The notes under the pieces were generated by a model, which was not told where the DNA came from, made no database searches, and saw only the letters and a program-made list of their open reading frames with translations. DNA of 64,000 bases from an uncultured archaeon (lineage in GTDB: Archaea > Micrarchaeota > Micrarchaeia > Anstonellales > Anstonellaceae): NCBI GenBank assembly GCA_902384555.1, contig CABMCD010000004.1, positions 11,909 through 75,908 of the forward strand, written 5' to 3'. This document shows, piece by piece, positions 1 through 8,776 of the stretch; positions within the stretch are counted from its first letter, which is position 1; each line of letters opens with the position of its first letter. A program made the translations under genes and the position numbers.

Positions 1-46
1 CATCCTGTCGTTTAGACGTTCGTGGGTTCAAATCCCACCTCCTCCA
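1..46 (+). tRNA. 3' fragment of a tRNA (T-arm GTGGG-TTCAAAT-CCCAC, acceptor 3' strand, discriminator); 5' part lies outside the window, so the isotype cannot be determined
   Basis: Canonical T-stem/loop at 22-38 followed by a 7-nt acceptor strand and a discriminator; truncated at the window edge. Confidence 0.5.
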
Positions 47-118
47 AATCCCATTTTTTCCGGCGGACCGCGCGTTTTAATAATCTTTTAACATAATAAT
101 ATTGAAAGTAACACTAGA

Positions 119-775
119 ATGAAAACAGGTGGGATCAATATGGCTCAGAACGGAACTTACACGCTCCAAGATGCGAAAAAGCTCACAGAGAAAACCCTTC
201 AAATCACGGGAACGATGACAGATGCCAGCCCCCAGAGCGGCATCTACCGCTTTTCCCGGATGCTGCTGGACCGGACCATCATGATGCTCGAGTCCGATAT
301 GATGGGGAAGAACCGCGTCTATCCGAAGTGCATAGTCGATTTGTGGGAACAGAAGCTGAACTTTTCGAACGACAACGCAGAGCGCACCGGCATCAAAATG
401 AAAGTCGGCGTACAGTACTTTAAGGCGGCCCTCGCCGAGTCTTCAAAGCTGCCGCTCGTCCCCACCGAGGGGAAGATGGAGGAGTATAACAAACAGGTGC
501 AGACCATCCGCGACTACTTCGGGCACGCCGTCGACTACGTGCTTGTTAAGGAAGCGGACTTGACGGAGATGCGGTTCCTCTTCGGCATGCTGGATACGTG
601 GTATGTGCGTGAAGTGGCGAATATGAGCCACCTCAAAGGAGGAAAGGACGTGCAAGCCATGGAGCGCATCAAGACATATACAACACAGTTCCGGACCCTT
701 GCGCTGGACCAGCGGTTTGATGGGAGCTTGGAGCCCGAGGTAAAGAAGACTTACGGCTGGAAGTACATCAACTAA
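119..775 (+). CDS. hypothetical protein (218 aa), no recognisable motif
   Basis: Clean ORF with an AT-rich promoter-like region upstream (60-118). GC is visibly lower (~50%) than neighbouring genes. A T-run follows the stop. Confidence 0.55.
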   Translation: MKTGGINMAQNGTYTLQDAKKLTEKTLQITGTMTDASPQSGIYRFSRMLLDRTIMMLESDMMGKNRVYPKCIVDLWEQKLNFSNDNAERTGIKMKVGVQYFKAALAESSKLPLVPTEGKMEEYNKQVQTIRDYFGHAVDYVLVKEADLTEMRFLFGMLDTWYVREVANMSHLKGGKDVQAMERIKTYTTQFRTLALDQRFDGSLEPEVKKTYGWKYIN

Positions 776-789
776 AACCGGCCTTTCGC

Positions 790-880
790 CCGACACGCAT
801 CTTCTTTTTTGAAATTTAGAGCAGCTTAGTGGAAACAGGAAAAAAGAGAGAAATAAAAAAGAAGGAAAAAAGGCCGGAGA
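790..880. terminator. bidirectional oligo-T terminator region between convergent genes
   Basis: T-run cttctttttt just after the + gene. A long A-rich run (=T-rich on the minus strand) follows the stop of the minus-strand AMP phosphorylase gene. Archaeal terminators are oligo-T. Confidence 0.35.
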
Positions 881-2446
881 TTATTCTCTCAAGCTATCCA
901 ATACCACTTTCTCCATCTCGACCGCTTCCATCTTCTCGAACACCCGCAGCGCCATGTCCAGCTTGCCCTCGCTCTCGGCATACAAATCCATGAGCGGGTC
1001 GCCGGCCTTGATGAGGTCGCCCTTTTCCATGTGCAGATAGACGCCCGCGCCCTTGTCGGCCGGGGCGCCGCAGGCGCGCGCCACGCGGGCCAGCAGCTTG
1101 TTGTCGAGGTGCGAGACGCGCCCCGAGCGGGTGGCGGTGATGCGGTGGTGGTAGCTTCCAATCGGAACCGAGTGGGAATTGAGCTTCTTCACCTCGCCGC
1201 CCTGCCATTCCACGATTTGCTTGAACTTGGCCAAGGCCTTGCCGTTGTCCAGCAGCGAGGCCGCGATGGAATAGCCCGTGCCCTTCTTGGCCTTGCCCGA
1301 CAGCTCGAGCAGCGTGCCGCTCAGCTGGCAGGACTTGTCGCGCAAATCGCGCGGGCCGTTTCCTTCCAAACACGCCAGCGCGTCGCGGCATTCCAGCGCG
1401 GGCCCAATCCCGTTGCCAATCGGGTCCTCGCCGTTGGTGATGAGGGCCTCGATGGTGATGCCGAGGCGCTTTCCAATCGAGATGAAATCCTTGGCCAGCG
1501 CGCGCGCCTCCGCCATGTCGTTGAGTTTCACGCCGCGCCCGACAGGAATGTCGATGACGCAGTACTGCGCCCCCACGCTCTTTTTCTTGGCCAAAATGGA
1601 TGAGAGCAGCACGCCCTTGGGGGCGAGGGAGAGGGGGGTGCGGATTTTGATGAGCTTGTCGTCCGCGGCCGCGAGGTTGATGGCCCCGCCCCAGACCACG
1701 CAGCCGCCAATCGAGCGCACCTGCTTCTCCATCTCATGAATCGGCATGCTCACGTCGCACAGCGTCTCCATGGCGTCCGCCGTGCCGGCGGCCGAGGTGA
1801 TGGCGCGCGAAGAGGTCTTGGGGATGAAGCAGCCGGCCGCGGCCACGATGGGCACCATCACCATGGTGGTGCGATTCCCCGCCACGCCGCCGATGCAGTG
1901 CTTGTCCAGAATGGGGGATTTGCCCACTTTGAGCGTCTCGCCGGTGGCCACGATGGATTCGGTGAGCCCCACCACCTCGTCCTCGTTCATGCCGCGGATG
2001 TAGCAGGAAGTCATGAAGGCCGCCAGCTCGCCCTCGGCGAGGCGGTTGTCCATGGTGTCGTTGATGATGGTGCGGATTTGGCCGGCCTCCAGCGTCTTGC
2101 CCTCCATCTTGGCCTTGATGTATTCGATGGACTGGGGGCGGCTGGTGAGTTCCAGTTCCACCGTGCCGTGCGTGCTGGCGCCAAGCGCCTTGTGCACCTC
2201 GTAAAACAGGCCGATTTCGCCCGGTTTGGCCAGGTCGTTGGACAAATCCACCATGGCGATGATTTGCCGCTTCTTGTAGCGCACGATGACGCGGTAGCCG
2301 GTGTAGATGTCGTTTTGGTGGGCATAGGCGGAATTGAGCACCACCACCAGCCCGCCGGCCATGACGTCCAGCAATTTGGGCTTGAGCGACAGGCGGCGCA
2401 TGCGCATGACTTCCTCTTTCACCTTGCGGTATGACGACTGCACCAT
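881..2446 (-). CDS. deoA: AMP phosphorylase (archaeal thymidine-phosphorylase-family, type II)
   Basis: ~500 aa with a thymidine/pyrimidine-nucleoside phosphorylase fold signature (GGVAGNRTTM, SSRAITSAAGTADAME, CIGG) plus the N-terminal extension typical of archaeal AMPpase. Adjacent to an R15P isomerase. An alternative start 15 codons downstream is possible (~2401). Confidence 0.8.
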   Translation of the reverse strand: MVQSSYRKVKEEVMRMRRLSLKPKLLDVMAGGLVVVLNSAYAHQNDIYTGYRVIVRYKKRQIIAMVDLSNDLAKPGEIGLFYEVHKALGASTHGTVELELTSRPQSIEYIKAKMEGKTLEAGQIRTIINDTMDNRLAEGELAAFMTSCYIRGMNEDEVVGLTESIVATGETLKVGKSPILDKHCIGGVAGNRTTMVMVPIVAAAGCFIPKTSSRAITSAAGTADAMETLCDVSMPIHEMEKQVRSIGGCVVWGGAINLAAADDKLIKIRTPLSLAPKGVLLSSILAKKKSVGAQYCVIDIPVGRGVKLNDMAEARALAKDFISIGKRLGITIEALITNGEDPIGNGIGPALECRDALACLEGNGPRDLRDKSCQLSGTLLELSGKAKKGTGYSIAASLLDNGKALAKFKQIVEWQGGEVKKLNSHSVPIGSYHHRITATRSGRVSHLDNKLLARVARACGAPADKGAGVYLHMEKGDLIKAGDPLMDLYAESEGKLDMALRVFEKMEAVEMEKVVLDSLRE

Positions 2447-2450
2447 GATT

Positions 2451-3422
2451 TCACCTCGAAAGACTAAGCTTGGACTGCGCGATGATGCCCAGTTGCGCGG
2501 GCGGCACCAGCCCCTCTTCGGTGATGTAGGCCGAAATGAGGCGGGCGGGCGTGCGGTCGAAGGCCGGGTTAAGGACCGAGAGCTTGGCGGGCTTTTTCAC
2601 TTTCTTTCCTTTCTCCTGCCCGTAGAGCCCGCTGCCCCACACCTCCTCCCAGGCGCGCTGCTCAATCGGCTCGGCGCGGCCCAAACGGGTGAGGGGGTCG
2701 AATTTCCACGTCTCGGCCGCGCACAAAAAGCGCACCGAATGCAAATGGGCCAGCTGCGCGAGCGTGGAGGTGCCCACCTTGTTGATGAGGTCGCCCTCGG
2801 AGGTGATGGCATCCGCGCCGACCAGCACCAAATCGATTTGGTTTATCAGCGAGCCGCAGGCCGAATCCACGGCCAGCGTGGTCTTGATGCCGGCGGCCGA
2901 CAGCTCGCGCGCCGAGAGGCGGCCCTGATAAAGCGGGCGGGTTTCCAGGCAGGTGACGCGCAGATGCTTGCCCATTTTATGCGCGCGAATGAGCAGGCGC
3001 ATGAGCGTGGTGGAGTGGCAGTGGATGAGGATGGAGGCGTTGTCGGGAATTTCGGCCGCGCCGATTTTGGCGATGGTGTCGGCCGATTTTTCCATGTCCG
3101 AGAGCAGGAGCGCCTCGCGCTTGGCCAGCGCGGCGCGCAGGGCCGCAACGTCGCGGGCCGGGTTGGCGTGAATCCAGGCCATGGAAAAGCGCAGCGTCTG
3201 CTCCAGCGCATTTCGCATCATCGGCTCGGTGGGGCGCGTGGCCTCGAGCAGGCGCGCGGCGGCCAGCAAATCGGAGTGAAAGCCGGCCTTGTTTTTGGCC
3301 CGGCTCGCCTTCGCGGCCAGCATCAGCCCCTCCAGCGCGGATTTGGCAATGCGCCGCGCGCCCTGTATTTTGAGGGCTTTGATGTCGGCGGCAATTTGCT
3401 GCACCGAGCGGGTTTTGGCCAT
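2451..3422 (-). CDS. ribose-1,5-bisphosphate isomerase (eIF-2B alpha/beta/delta-like, e2b2 family)
   Basis: eIF2B-related fold motifs (LVGADAITSEGD, TVLTHCHS-like HCHS, GARRIAKSA). The ORF-track N-terminal 54 aa is discarded as an extension; the start is taken at MAKTRSV. Confidence 0.75.
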   Translation of the reverse strand: MAKTRSVQQIAADIKALKIQGARRIAKSALEGLMLAAKASRAKNKAGFHSDLLAAARLLEATRPTEPMMRNALEQTLRFSMAWIHANPARDVAALRAALAKREALLLSDMEKSADTIAKIGAAEIPDNASILIHCHSTTLMRLLIRAHKMGKHLRVTCLETRPLYQGRLSARELSAAGIKTTLAVDSACGSLINQIDLVLVGADAITSEGDLINKVGTSTLAQLAHLHSVRFLCAAETWKFDPLTRLGRAEPIEQRAWEEVWGSGLYGQEKGKKVKKPAKLSVLNPAFDRTPARLISAYITEEGLVPPAQLGIIAQSKLSLSR

Positions 3423-3543
3423 GGCGGACAGACGAGGAGGAGGTTTTAAAACGCGACGGAAAAGGGTGGAAAAGAGAAGGGCGGAGGGCGGAGAAAAATG
3501 GGCCTCCGGCGGATGAAAAACGTCGGGCTTGGATGAAGGCGGC

Positions 3544-4119
3544 CTAATCCGCCAGTCTTCCAATCCGCATGCGAGCATAGCCACCCATCATGCCGCCCGG
3601 ACCGGAGCCCGGCTGGCCGCCGTAGGCACCGGGGCCTCGGGTTCCGGCCGTACGTCCTCCGTATCCGCCCGAAGCGTTCATCATGCCCCGCGTGCCGTTG
3701 CGGCTGAAATTGCCGGCTCCCCGCCCTGCCGTGGAAGGGAGCGAGGAAGTCGCATCGGTGCCGCACAGGGCCGAGAAATTCGCATTCTGCATCAGGGGCG
3801 AGTTGCTGAAATTGAACACCGAGCCGTTGATGGCCACCCAGCAGTCGGAGGGCGTGGCGTGCGCCTTCACATCGGAGAGCGAATAGGCGGGCAGGTTGGA
3901 CCAATCGGGTGCGCCATAGCCGCCGCTTGGAGAGCCTTGGGCGCCGGAGCCGCCTGAAGCGGCTTCGGGGCCGGAGCCGGAATCTGTATTGTAATTGGAG
4001 CCGGGCACGTATTGGCCGGAGCTGCCTCCCGGCCCCTGCGTGCAGCCGGCGAGAAGAAAGAGGAAAACAAAAGCCGCACCCAGCAGGGGCAGCAGCGATT
4101 GGATGGACCGAGTCATCAT
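3544..4119 (-). CDS. secreted Gly/Ser/Tyr-rich low-complexity lipoprotein-like protein
   Basis: N-terminal signal peptide with a lipobox-like LLAGC. The remainder is G/S/Y/P-rich. Confidence 0.5.
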   Translation of the reverse strand: MMTRSIQSLLPLLGAAFVFLFLLAGCTQGPGGSSGQYVPGSNYNTDSGSGPEAASGGSGAQGSPSGGYGAPDWSNLPAYSLSDVKAHATPSDCWVAINGSVFNFSNSPLMQNANFSALCGTDATSSLPSTAGRGAGNFSRNGTRGMMNASGGYGGRTAGTRGPGAYGGQPGSGPGGMMGGYARMRIGRLAD

Positions 4120-4135
4120 CTCACCTAAAGTGCGT

Positions 4136-5356
4136 TCATTCGTACCTCAAGGCCTCGACGGGCGGCACCGAGGCCGCGTTGCGCGAGGGGAAGAAACCGG
4201 AGAGCACCCCCACCAGCACCGAGAAGAACAGGCCCAGGGCCACCAGCTCGATGGTGATGCGCGTCGGGATGCCGAACACGCTCATGCCGCTGGACGCCAC
4301 GTAGGAGAGCGCGATGCCCAAGAGCCCGCCCACCAGGCCCACCAGCGCCGATTCGAAAAGGAAGAGCTTGGAGATGTCCCAGCGCGTCGCGCCCAAGCTC
4401 TTGAGGATGCCGATGTATTTGGTCTGCTCCAAAACGGAGGTGAACATGGCGTTGGCCACGCCGATGCCGCCCACAATCAGCGAGATGGAGGCGATGACGC
4501 CCAAAAACAGGCCCAAGGTGCTGGTGACGCTGGAGACCGAGGACTGGATGGAGGAGGCCGTGGTGACGCGGAAGTCCTCCTTCTCCGCCGTCACGCGGTG
4601 CAGGCGCTGCAGCACCGATTCCAGCGAGAGGGCCACGCTGTCGGGGTCCCAGCTGGGTTTGGCCAGCACCACGACCGAACTGGCGTTGTCATAGTTGGAG
4701 AACAGGCTCTTGGCCGTGTCCACGGGAATATAGATTTCGTTGTCCGAGCCGCCAAAGGTGGCGCCGGTCGAATTGAGGATGCCCACCACGCGGAAGGGAG
4801 TGCCGTCGATTTTGATTTGCTTGTCCAGCATGTCCTGGGACTGGAAGGTGCGGTTCACCACCTGCGCGCCCAGCACCGCGGCCGCCTTGTCGCTGGAGCG
4901 CAGGGAGCGCCCTTCGGCGATTTGCACGTTCGAGGTGGAGAGGAACGCGCTGGGGTCGGTGCCCACCACGCTCACCGTGGAGTTGCGGGTGCGGTAGCTC
5001 ACGGTGGCGGATTTGGAGAGACGGGCGTCCACCATCTGCACGCCGGCTACCGTGCGCAGCTGCTCGGCCTCCTTGAAGGTGATGGGCTTGCCGGAGCTGG
5101 AGCTTCCAAAACCCCCCGGCCCGCCGCCGCCAAAGGCCACGCGCCCCGCCTGCCCGCCGCCCGGCGAGACGGTGATGATTTGCGCTCCAAGGCCGGAGAG
5201 CTGGCTGGAAATCTGGTCCTGCAGGCCGGTGCTGATGGAGATGAGGGAGATGATGGAGGCCACGCCGATGACCACGCCCAGAATGGCCAGCCAGCTGCGC
5301 AAATTGCGGTAGCGGATGGAATTGACGGCCAGTCCGAGGATTTCAAGGTTTTCCAT
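4136..5356 (-). CDS. ABC transporter permease, FtsX/MacB-like
   Basis: N-terminal TM helix, a large extracytoplasmic domain, and three C-terminal TM helices (FtsX-like architecture). Same operon as the ABC ATPase. Confidence 0.75.
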   Translation of the reverse strand: MENLEILGLAVNSIRYRNLRSWLAILGVVIGVASIISLISISTGLQDQISSQLSGLGAQIITVSPGGGQAGRVAFGGGGPGGFGSSSSGKPITFKEAEQLRTVAGVQMVDARLSKSATVSYRTRNSTVSVVGTDPSAFLSTSNVQIAEGRSLRSSDKAAAVLGAQVVNRTFQSQDMLDKQIKIDGTPFRVVGILNSTGATFGGSDNEIYIPVDTAKSLFSNYDNASSVVVLAKPSWDPDSVALSLESVLQRLHRVTAEKEDFRVTTASSIQSSVSSVTSTLGLFLGVIASISLIVGGIGVANAMFTSVLEQTKYIGILKSLGATRWDISKLFLFESALVGLVGGLLGIALSYVASSGMSVFGIPTRITIELVALGLFFSVLVGVLSGFFPSRNAASVPPVEALRYE

Positions 5357-5424
5357 GCGAGTTCCCCCTGTCAGTGAGTCGTGCGCCCGCCCCGATTCTC
5401 AAGTCCCGGATGGCGCAGGGGCTT

Positions 5425-7035
5425 TCATGCAGTCTCCTTCTTTTTCTTGCCCTTGAAGTGGCGCCAGAGCAGGAAAGCCGCGATGGCCACGACCACGAGG
5501 GCCGCCAGGATGAGCGGGAGCGGAAGGCCGGAAGCGCCGGTAGAACCGCCGGGCCGGCCGCCAAGCAGGCCGCCCAGCAGGCCGCCGGTCGCCGGGCGGC
5601 CGCCGAGGCTGCTGACCGTGCCGGAGCGCACCGTGCCGGTGCCGTTGGTCATGAACGACAGGCCGCTGCTGCCCGCGTCCAGCTGCCGGGTGATGGTGTG
5701 CGGCTGGTTGGAGCTGTCGCGGAAGGTCACCTCCACGTTCAGGGTGCCCGACGCGCCGCTGGCGAGCGACACCGACGAATAGTCGTCCACGTTAAGCGTG
5801 CCGATGAAGCTGCGCACCGGGGCCTCGCGCGGGTTGCTCTCGGAAGTGACGGTGACGTCCACGCTGCGCACCTGCGAGTTGCCGGTGTTGGCCAGCATCA
5901 CCTGTGCCGGCTCGCCGGACTGGTCGAGGCTGATGCTCAGCTGCGGCGTCGCGGTCACCGACAGGCCGAAGGACTGGCCGAACGCATTGCCGCTGCTGGG
6001 CGTGACCTGCAGGGGCAGCAGGTAGTAGCCGGCCGAGGCGGACGGGGAGACGCCCACCTCCACGTCCTGGCTGGAGGAGGAGCCGGGGGCGACGGAGTCG
6101 AAGTAGAGGCGCTGGGCGCCGATGGGGGAGAACACGTCGCTGGAATTGAGGTCCACCACGGCCGAGACGGAGCGGGTGCCGGCGTTGGAGAGGGTGACGT
6201 GCAAAGTAGCCTTGGAGCCGATTTCGACCGAGGAGGGGGCGCGCACCGACAGGCGCGCCTCGCTGGACGCGTCCTGCACGCTCAGGGGCCCGACGCTCAA
6301 TTCCACCGAGTTGGGGCGGTTGAGCTTGTCATAGTAGGTGAAGGTGAGCGGGACGTTGTAGGTGCCCACCGTGGTGGAGGAGGAGGCGAGCAGGTTGACC
6401 AGGACCATCTGGCTGGCGCCGGGGGCAATGGTGCCCACGGCCTGCTGCGACGCGCCCTCCAGCGAGAAGGACGAGTTGGCGGGCGTGGTGACCACGATGT
6501 TGTTGGTGGTTCCGCCGATGTTGCTCAAATTCAGGCTCACCGCCACATCCTCGCCGGGGGAGATGGAGGGGTTGTCAATGGAGACGGTGCGCGCCACCAG
6601 CGGCGTGGGCTGGCTGACCTGCACCGGCACCTGCAGCGACACTTTCTTGGAAGTGCTGGCCGTGGTGCGCCCCGTCGCGGTGCTGGTGGTGTCGTCGCTG
6701 TAGTAGAAATCAACCGACACCACCTGGATGCCGCCCGCCGCGGCCTGCGAAACCTGGAAGGGGATGGCGACCTGCACGTCCGAGCCGCTGGCCAAATCGC
6801 CCAGCGAAATGGAACTGGCGGCGCCGTTCACCACAAAGGCGGCGCTGGTGCCGAACGCCGTCGCGTCGCCGGTGTTCTTGAGGTCCACCTGCAGGTAGCC
6901 CAGCGTGCCGGCATACACGGAGGAGGGCACGGTGCTGTAGTTGTAGATTTGAAGGATGGGGCTGGCAAAGCCGAAGCCGGCGATGAGGGCCAGCGCGAAT
7001 GCGAACGTATACAGGGTGGCGGTTTTCATGTTCAT
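5425..7035 (-). CDS. large cell-surface protein (signal peptide, Ser/Thr/Val-rich beta-rich body, C-terminal TM anchor + basic tail)
   Basis: Start chosen at MNMKTATLY, which has an ATGA overlap with the ATPase stop. C-terminal LPLPLILAALVVVAIAAFLLWRHFKGKKKK is a membrane anchor. Confidence 0.6.
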   Translation of the reverse strand: MNMKTATLYTFAFALALIAGFGFASPILQIYNYSTVPSSVYAGTLGYLQVDLKNTGDATAFGTSAAFVVNGAASSISLGDLASGSDVQVAIPFQVSQAAAGGIQVVSVDFYYSDDTTSTATGRTTASTSKKVSLQVPVQVSQPTPLVARTVSIDNPSISPGEDVAVSLNLSNIGGTTNNIVVTTPANSSFSLEGASQQAVGTIAPGASQMVLVNLLASSSTTVGTYNVPLTFTYYDKLNRPNSVELSVGPLSVQDASSEARLSVRAPSSVEIGSKATLHVTLSNAGTRSVSAVVDLNSSDVFSPIGAQRLYFDSVAPGSSSSQDVEVGVSPSASAGYYLLPLQVTPSSGNAFGQSFGLSVTATPQLSISLDQSGEPAQVMLANTGNSQVRSVDVTVTSESNPREAPVRSFIGTLNVDDYSSVSLASGASGTLNVEVTFRDSSNQPHTITRQLDAGSSGLSFMTNGTGTVRSGTVSSLGGRPATGGLLGGLLGGRPGGSTGASGLPLPLILAALVVVAIAAFLLWRHFKGKKKKETA

Positions 7036-7769
7036 GCTCCTCCGGGTTTGTGCTTGCGTATGGCAGGCTTGGTAATCGTGTCGCTCTCGATTTTCCCGTC
7101 GAGAATGCGGATTTGCCGCTCGGTCTGGCCCGCGATGCGCGGGTCGTGGGTGACGAAGATGACGGTGATGGCGCGCTCCTTGCACAGGCCCATGATGAAC
7201 TGGATGACCTCGTCCGAGGATTTGGAGTCCAGGTTGCCCGTGGGCTCGTCGGCGAGCAGGATTTTGGGGCTGGTGACCAGGCTGCGGGCCACGGCCACGC
7301 GCTGCTTCTGCCCGCCCGAAATCTGCGAGGTCATGTTGCGGGCCTTGTCCGAGAGGCCGACCACCGCCAGGTGCTTGTCCACCAGCGGGCGGCGGGCCTC
7401 GGGGGGCAGGCCGCGGATGATGAGCGGCAGCTCGACGTTCTGGAACACGTTGAGGGTGGGGGCGAGGTTGAAGGCCTGAAAGACGAAACCAATCGTTTCG
7501 CGCCGGGCGCGCGCGAGGCCGTTGTCGTCCATCTTTGACACGGGCTGGCCGTCGAGGAAAATCTCCCCGCCGCTGGGCTTGTCCAGGCAGCCCAGCAGGT
7601 GGAGCAGCGTGCTCTTGCCCGAGCCGGAGGGCCCGATGATGGAGATGATTTCGCCCCTTCGAATTTCGAGGCTGATGTCATCCAGCGCCCTGAACGGCGG
7701 GTCGCCCTCGTAGACCTTGGTGACGTGCTCCATCTTGAGCACCACGTCGGAAGCCGAACCGGGCCGCAT
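7032..7769 (-). CDS. ABC transporter ATP-binding protein (MacB/LolD-like)
   Basis: Walker A GPSGSGKST, Q-loop, signature LSGGQKQR, Walker B LLADEPT, H-loop THD. Start taken at MRPGSAS; exact start is uncertain by a few nt. Confidence 0.85.
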   Translation of the reverse strand: MRPGSASDVVLKMEHVTKVYEGDPPFRALDDISLEIRRGEIISIIGPSGSGKSTLLHLLGCLDKPSGGEIFLDGQPVSKMDDNGLARARRETIGFVFQAFNLAPTLNVFQNVELPLIIRGLPPEARRPLVDKHLAVVGLSDKARNMTSQISGGQKQRVAVARSLVTSPKILLADEPTGNLDSKSSDEVIQFIMGLCKERAITVIFVTHDPRIAGQTERQIRILDGKIESDTITKPAIRKHKPGGA

Positions 7770-7891
7770 GAGGAAATGGGTGCGCGGGGGGAATAAAAAG
7801 ACGCTCCAAAATCGCTCCGAAATCAAAAAAGGGGGAAATTGGGGAAAATGAAAGAACGGGCGGGGGTGGGGCGCCCGGCCTTTCTTGTCCC

Positions 7892-8410
7892 TCATTCGTT
7901 GCTCAGTTTGGCGAACACCACCAGCCCGACCGCCGAGAAGAGCAGGGGGATGAACTGGAAGACCTCCCCCAGCGGGCCGGGGCCGGACAGCAGGCGGGTG
8001 AAGGGCAGGGTGGAGAGGGCGTAGAGCAGGAAGGAGAAGAGGAAGGCCACTATCCCCAGCGCGAAGCTGGTCCTAAAGCGCAGGTAGTCCTTCACATAGA
8101 CGTAGAGCAGCCACACCACCAGCGCGAGGTTGATGATGGAGAGGATGCCGCGGACGGCGAAATAGCTGCCCAAATCGGAATTGACCATCATGAACTCGCC
8201 GTGGGGCGTCATCACCAGCTCCGCGTTCTTCATGTCCTCGATGAACTTGATTTGGGGCAGGATGACGGAGGAGAGGTAGATGATGACCAGGGCCGCCACG
8301 ATGAGGCCGGCCGTGCACAGGAGCGCGCGCCCGCGGCCGGACTGCGCCGCATCGCTGCGGGCCGGGCCCTTTGGCGGCGCGCCTTTCTTTGAATTGGCTG
8401 ATTTTTTCAT
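7892..8410 (-). CDS. hypothetical integral membrane protein
   Basis: Basic N-terminus followed by 4 predicted TM helices. Confidence 0.5.
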   Translation of the reverse strand: MKKSANSKKGAPPKGPARSDAAQSGRGRALLCTAGLIVAALVIIYLSSVILPQIKFIEDMKNAELVMTPHGEFMMVNSDLGSYFAVRGILSIINLALVVWLLYVYVKDYLRFRTSFALGIVAFLFSFLLYALSTLPFTRLLSGPGPLGEVFQFIPLLFSAVGLVVFAKLSNE

Positions 8411-8416
8411 GTCCCC

Positions 8417-8740
8417 TCACCCCTTGATTTTCTCCATCACATAGGCCCGCGCATCCGGCAAATCCGTGAGCGCGTAGAGGCGGCCGTAGCCCGCGCCCAC
8501 GCTCTCCACGATGGAGTGCTTCTCCATCAGCCGGATGTGGTGCTCCACCGTACTGTAGTCCAGTTTGGCCGCGAGGGCCAGCTGGCGCAGGTTGAGCGGC
8601 CGCTTGGCCAGGATGGCGAGCAGGCGCACCCGCGTAGGGCCGCCCCGCGTGCCGTCCAGCAGCCAGAACAAAAACCGCCGAGTGGAATCCATTGGAACCA
8701 AGACGCGAAGGCAGGATATAAAGCTTGTCCAAAATCGCAA
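8417..8740 (-). CDS. small winged-helix (ArsR/PadR-like) transcriptional regulator
   Basis: HTH-like segment RVRLLAILAKRPLNLRQLALAAKLDYSTVEHHIRLMEKHSIV. The true start is probably internal (MDSTRRF, ~8692). Confidence 0.55.
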   Translation of the reverse strand: MRFWTSFISCLRVLVPMDSTRRFLFWLLDGTRGGPTRVRLLAILAKRPLNLRQLALAAKLDYSTVEHHIRLMEKHSIVESVGAGYGRLYALTDLPDARAYVMEKIKG

Positions 8741-8776
8741 AAGAAGAACCGCAAAAGAAGATAGGCGTTGAAGAAA

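Noticed and set aside
2334-3449. 371-aa + ORF antisense to the R15P isomerase
   Set aside because: GC-frame artefact; the minus-strand gene has clear family motifs
5374-7479. 701-aa plus-strand ORF antisense to the surface protein and ABC ATPase
   Set aside because: Arg/Gly/Ala/His-rich composition typical of antisense frames in high-GC DNA, with no start context. The same reasoning applies to 3995-5377 (+), 18715-20898 (-), 18438-19448 (+), 28409-29485 (+), 32993-34588 (+), 39313-40848 (+), 43095-44690 (+), 43879-45540 (+), 46005-47156 (+), 47096-48061 (+), 49879-50805 (+) and similar
7740-7800. Apparent 1-nt frame inconsistency when hand-translating the ABC ATPase N-terminus against the ORF track
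   Set aside because: Most likely my own transcription slip in a homopolymer (A-run at 7796-7801); not treated as a real frameshift or pseudogene. Sub-ORF coordinates there are given by arithmetic from the track
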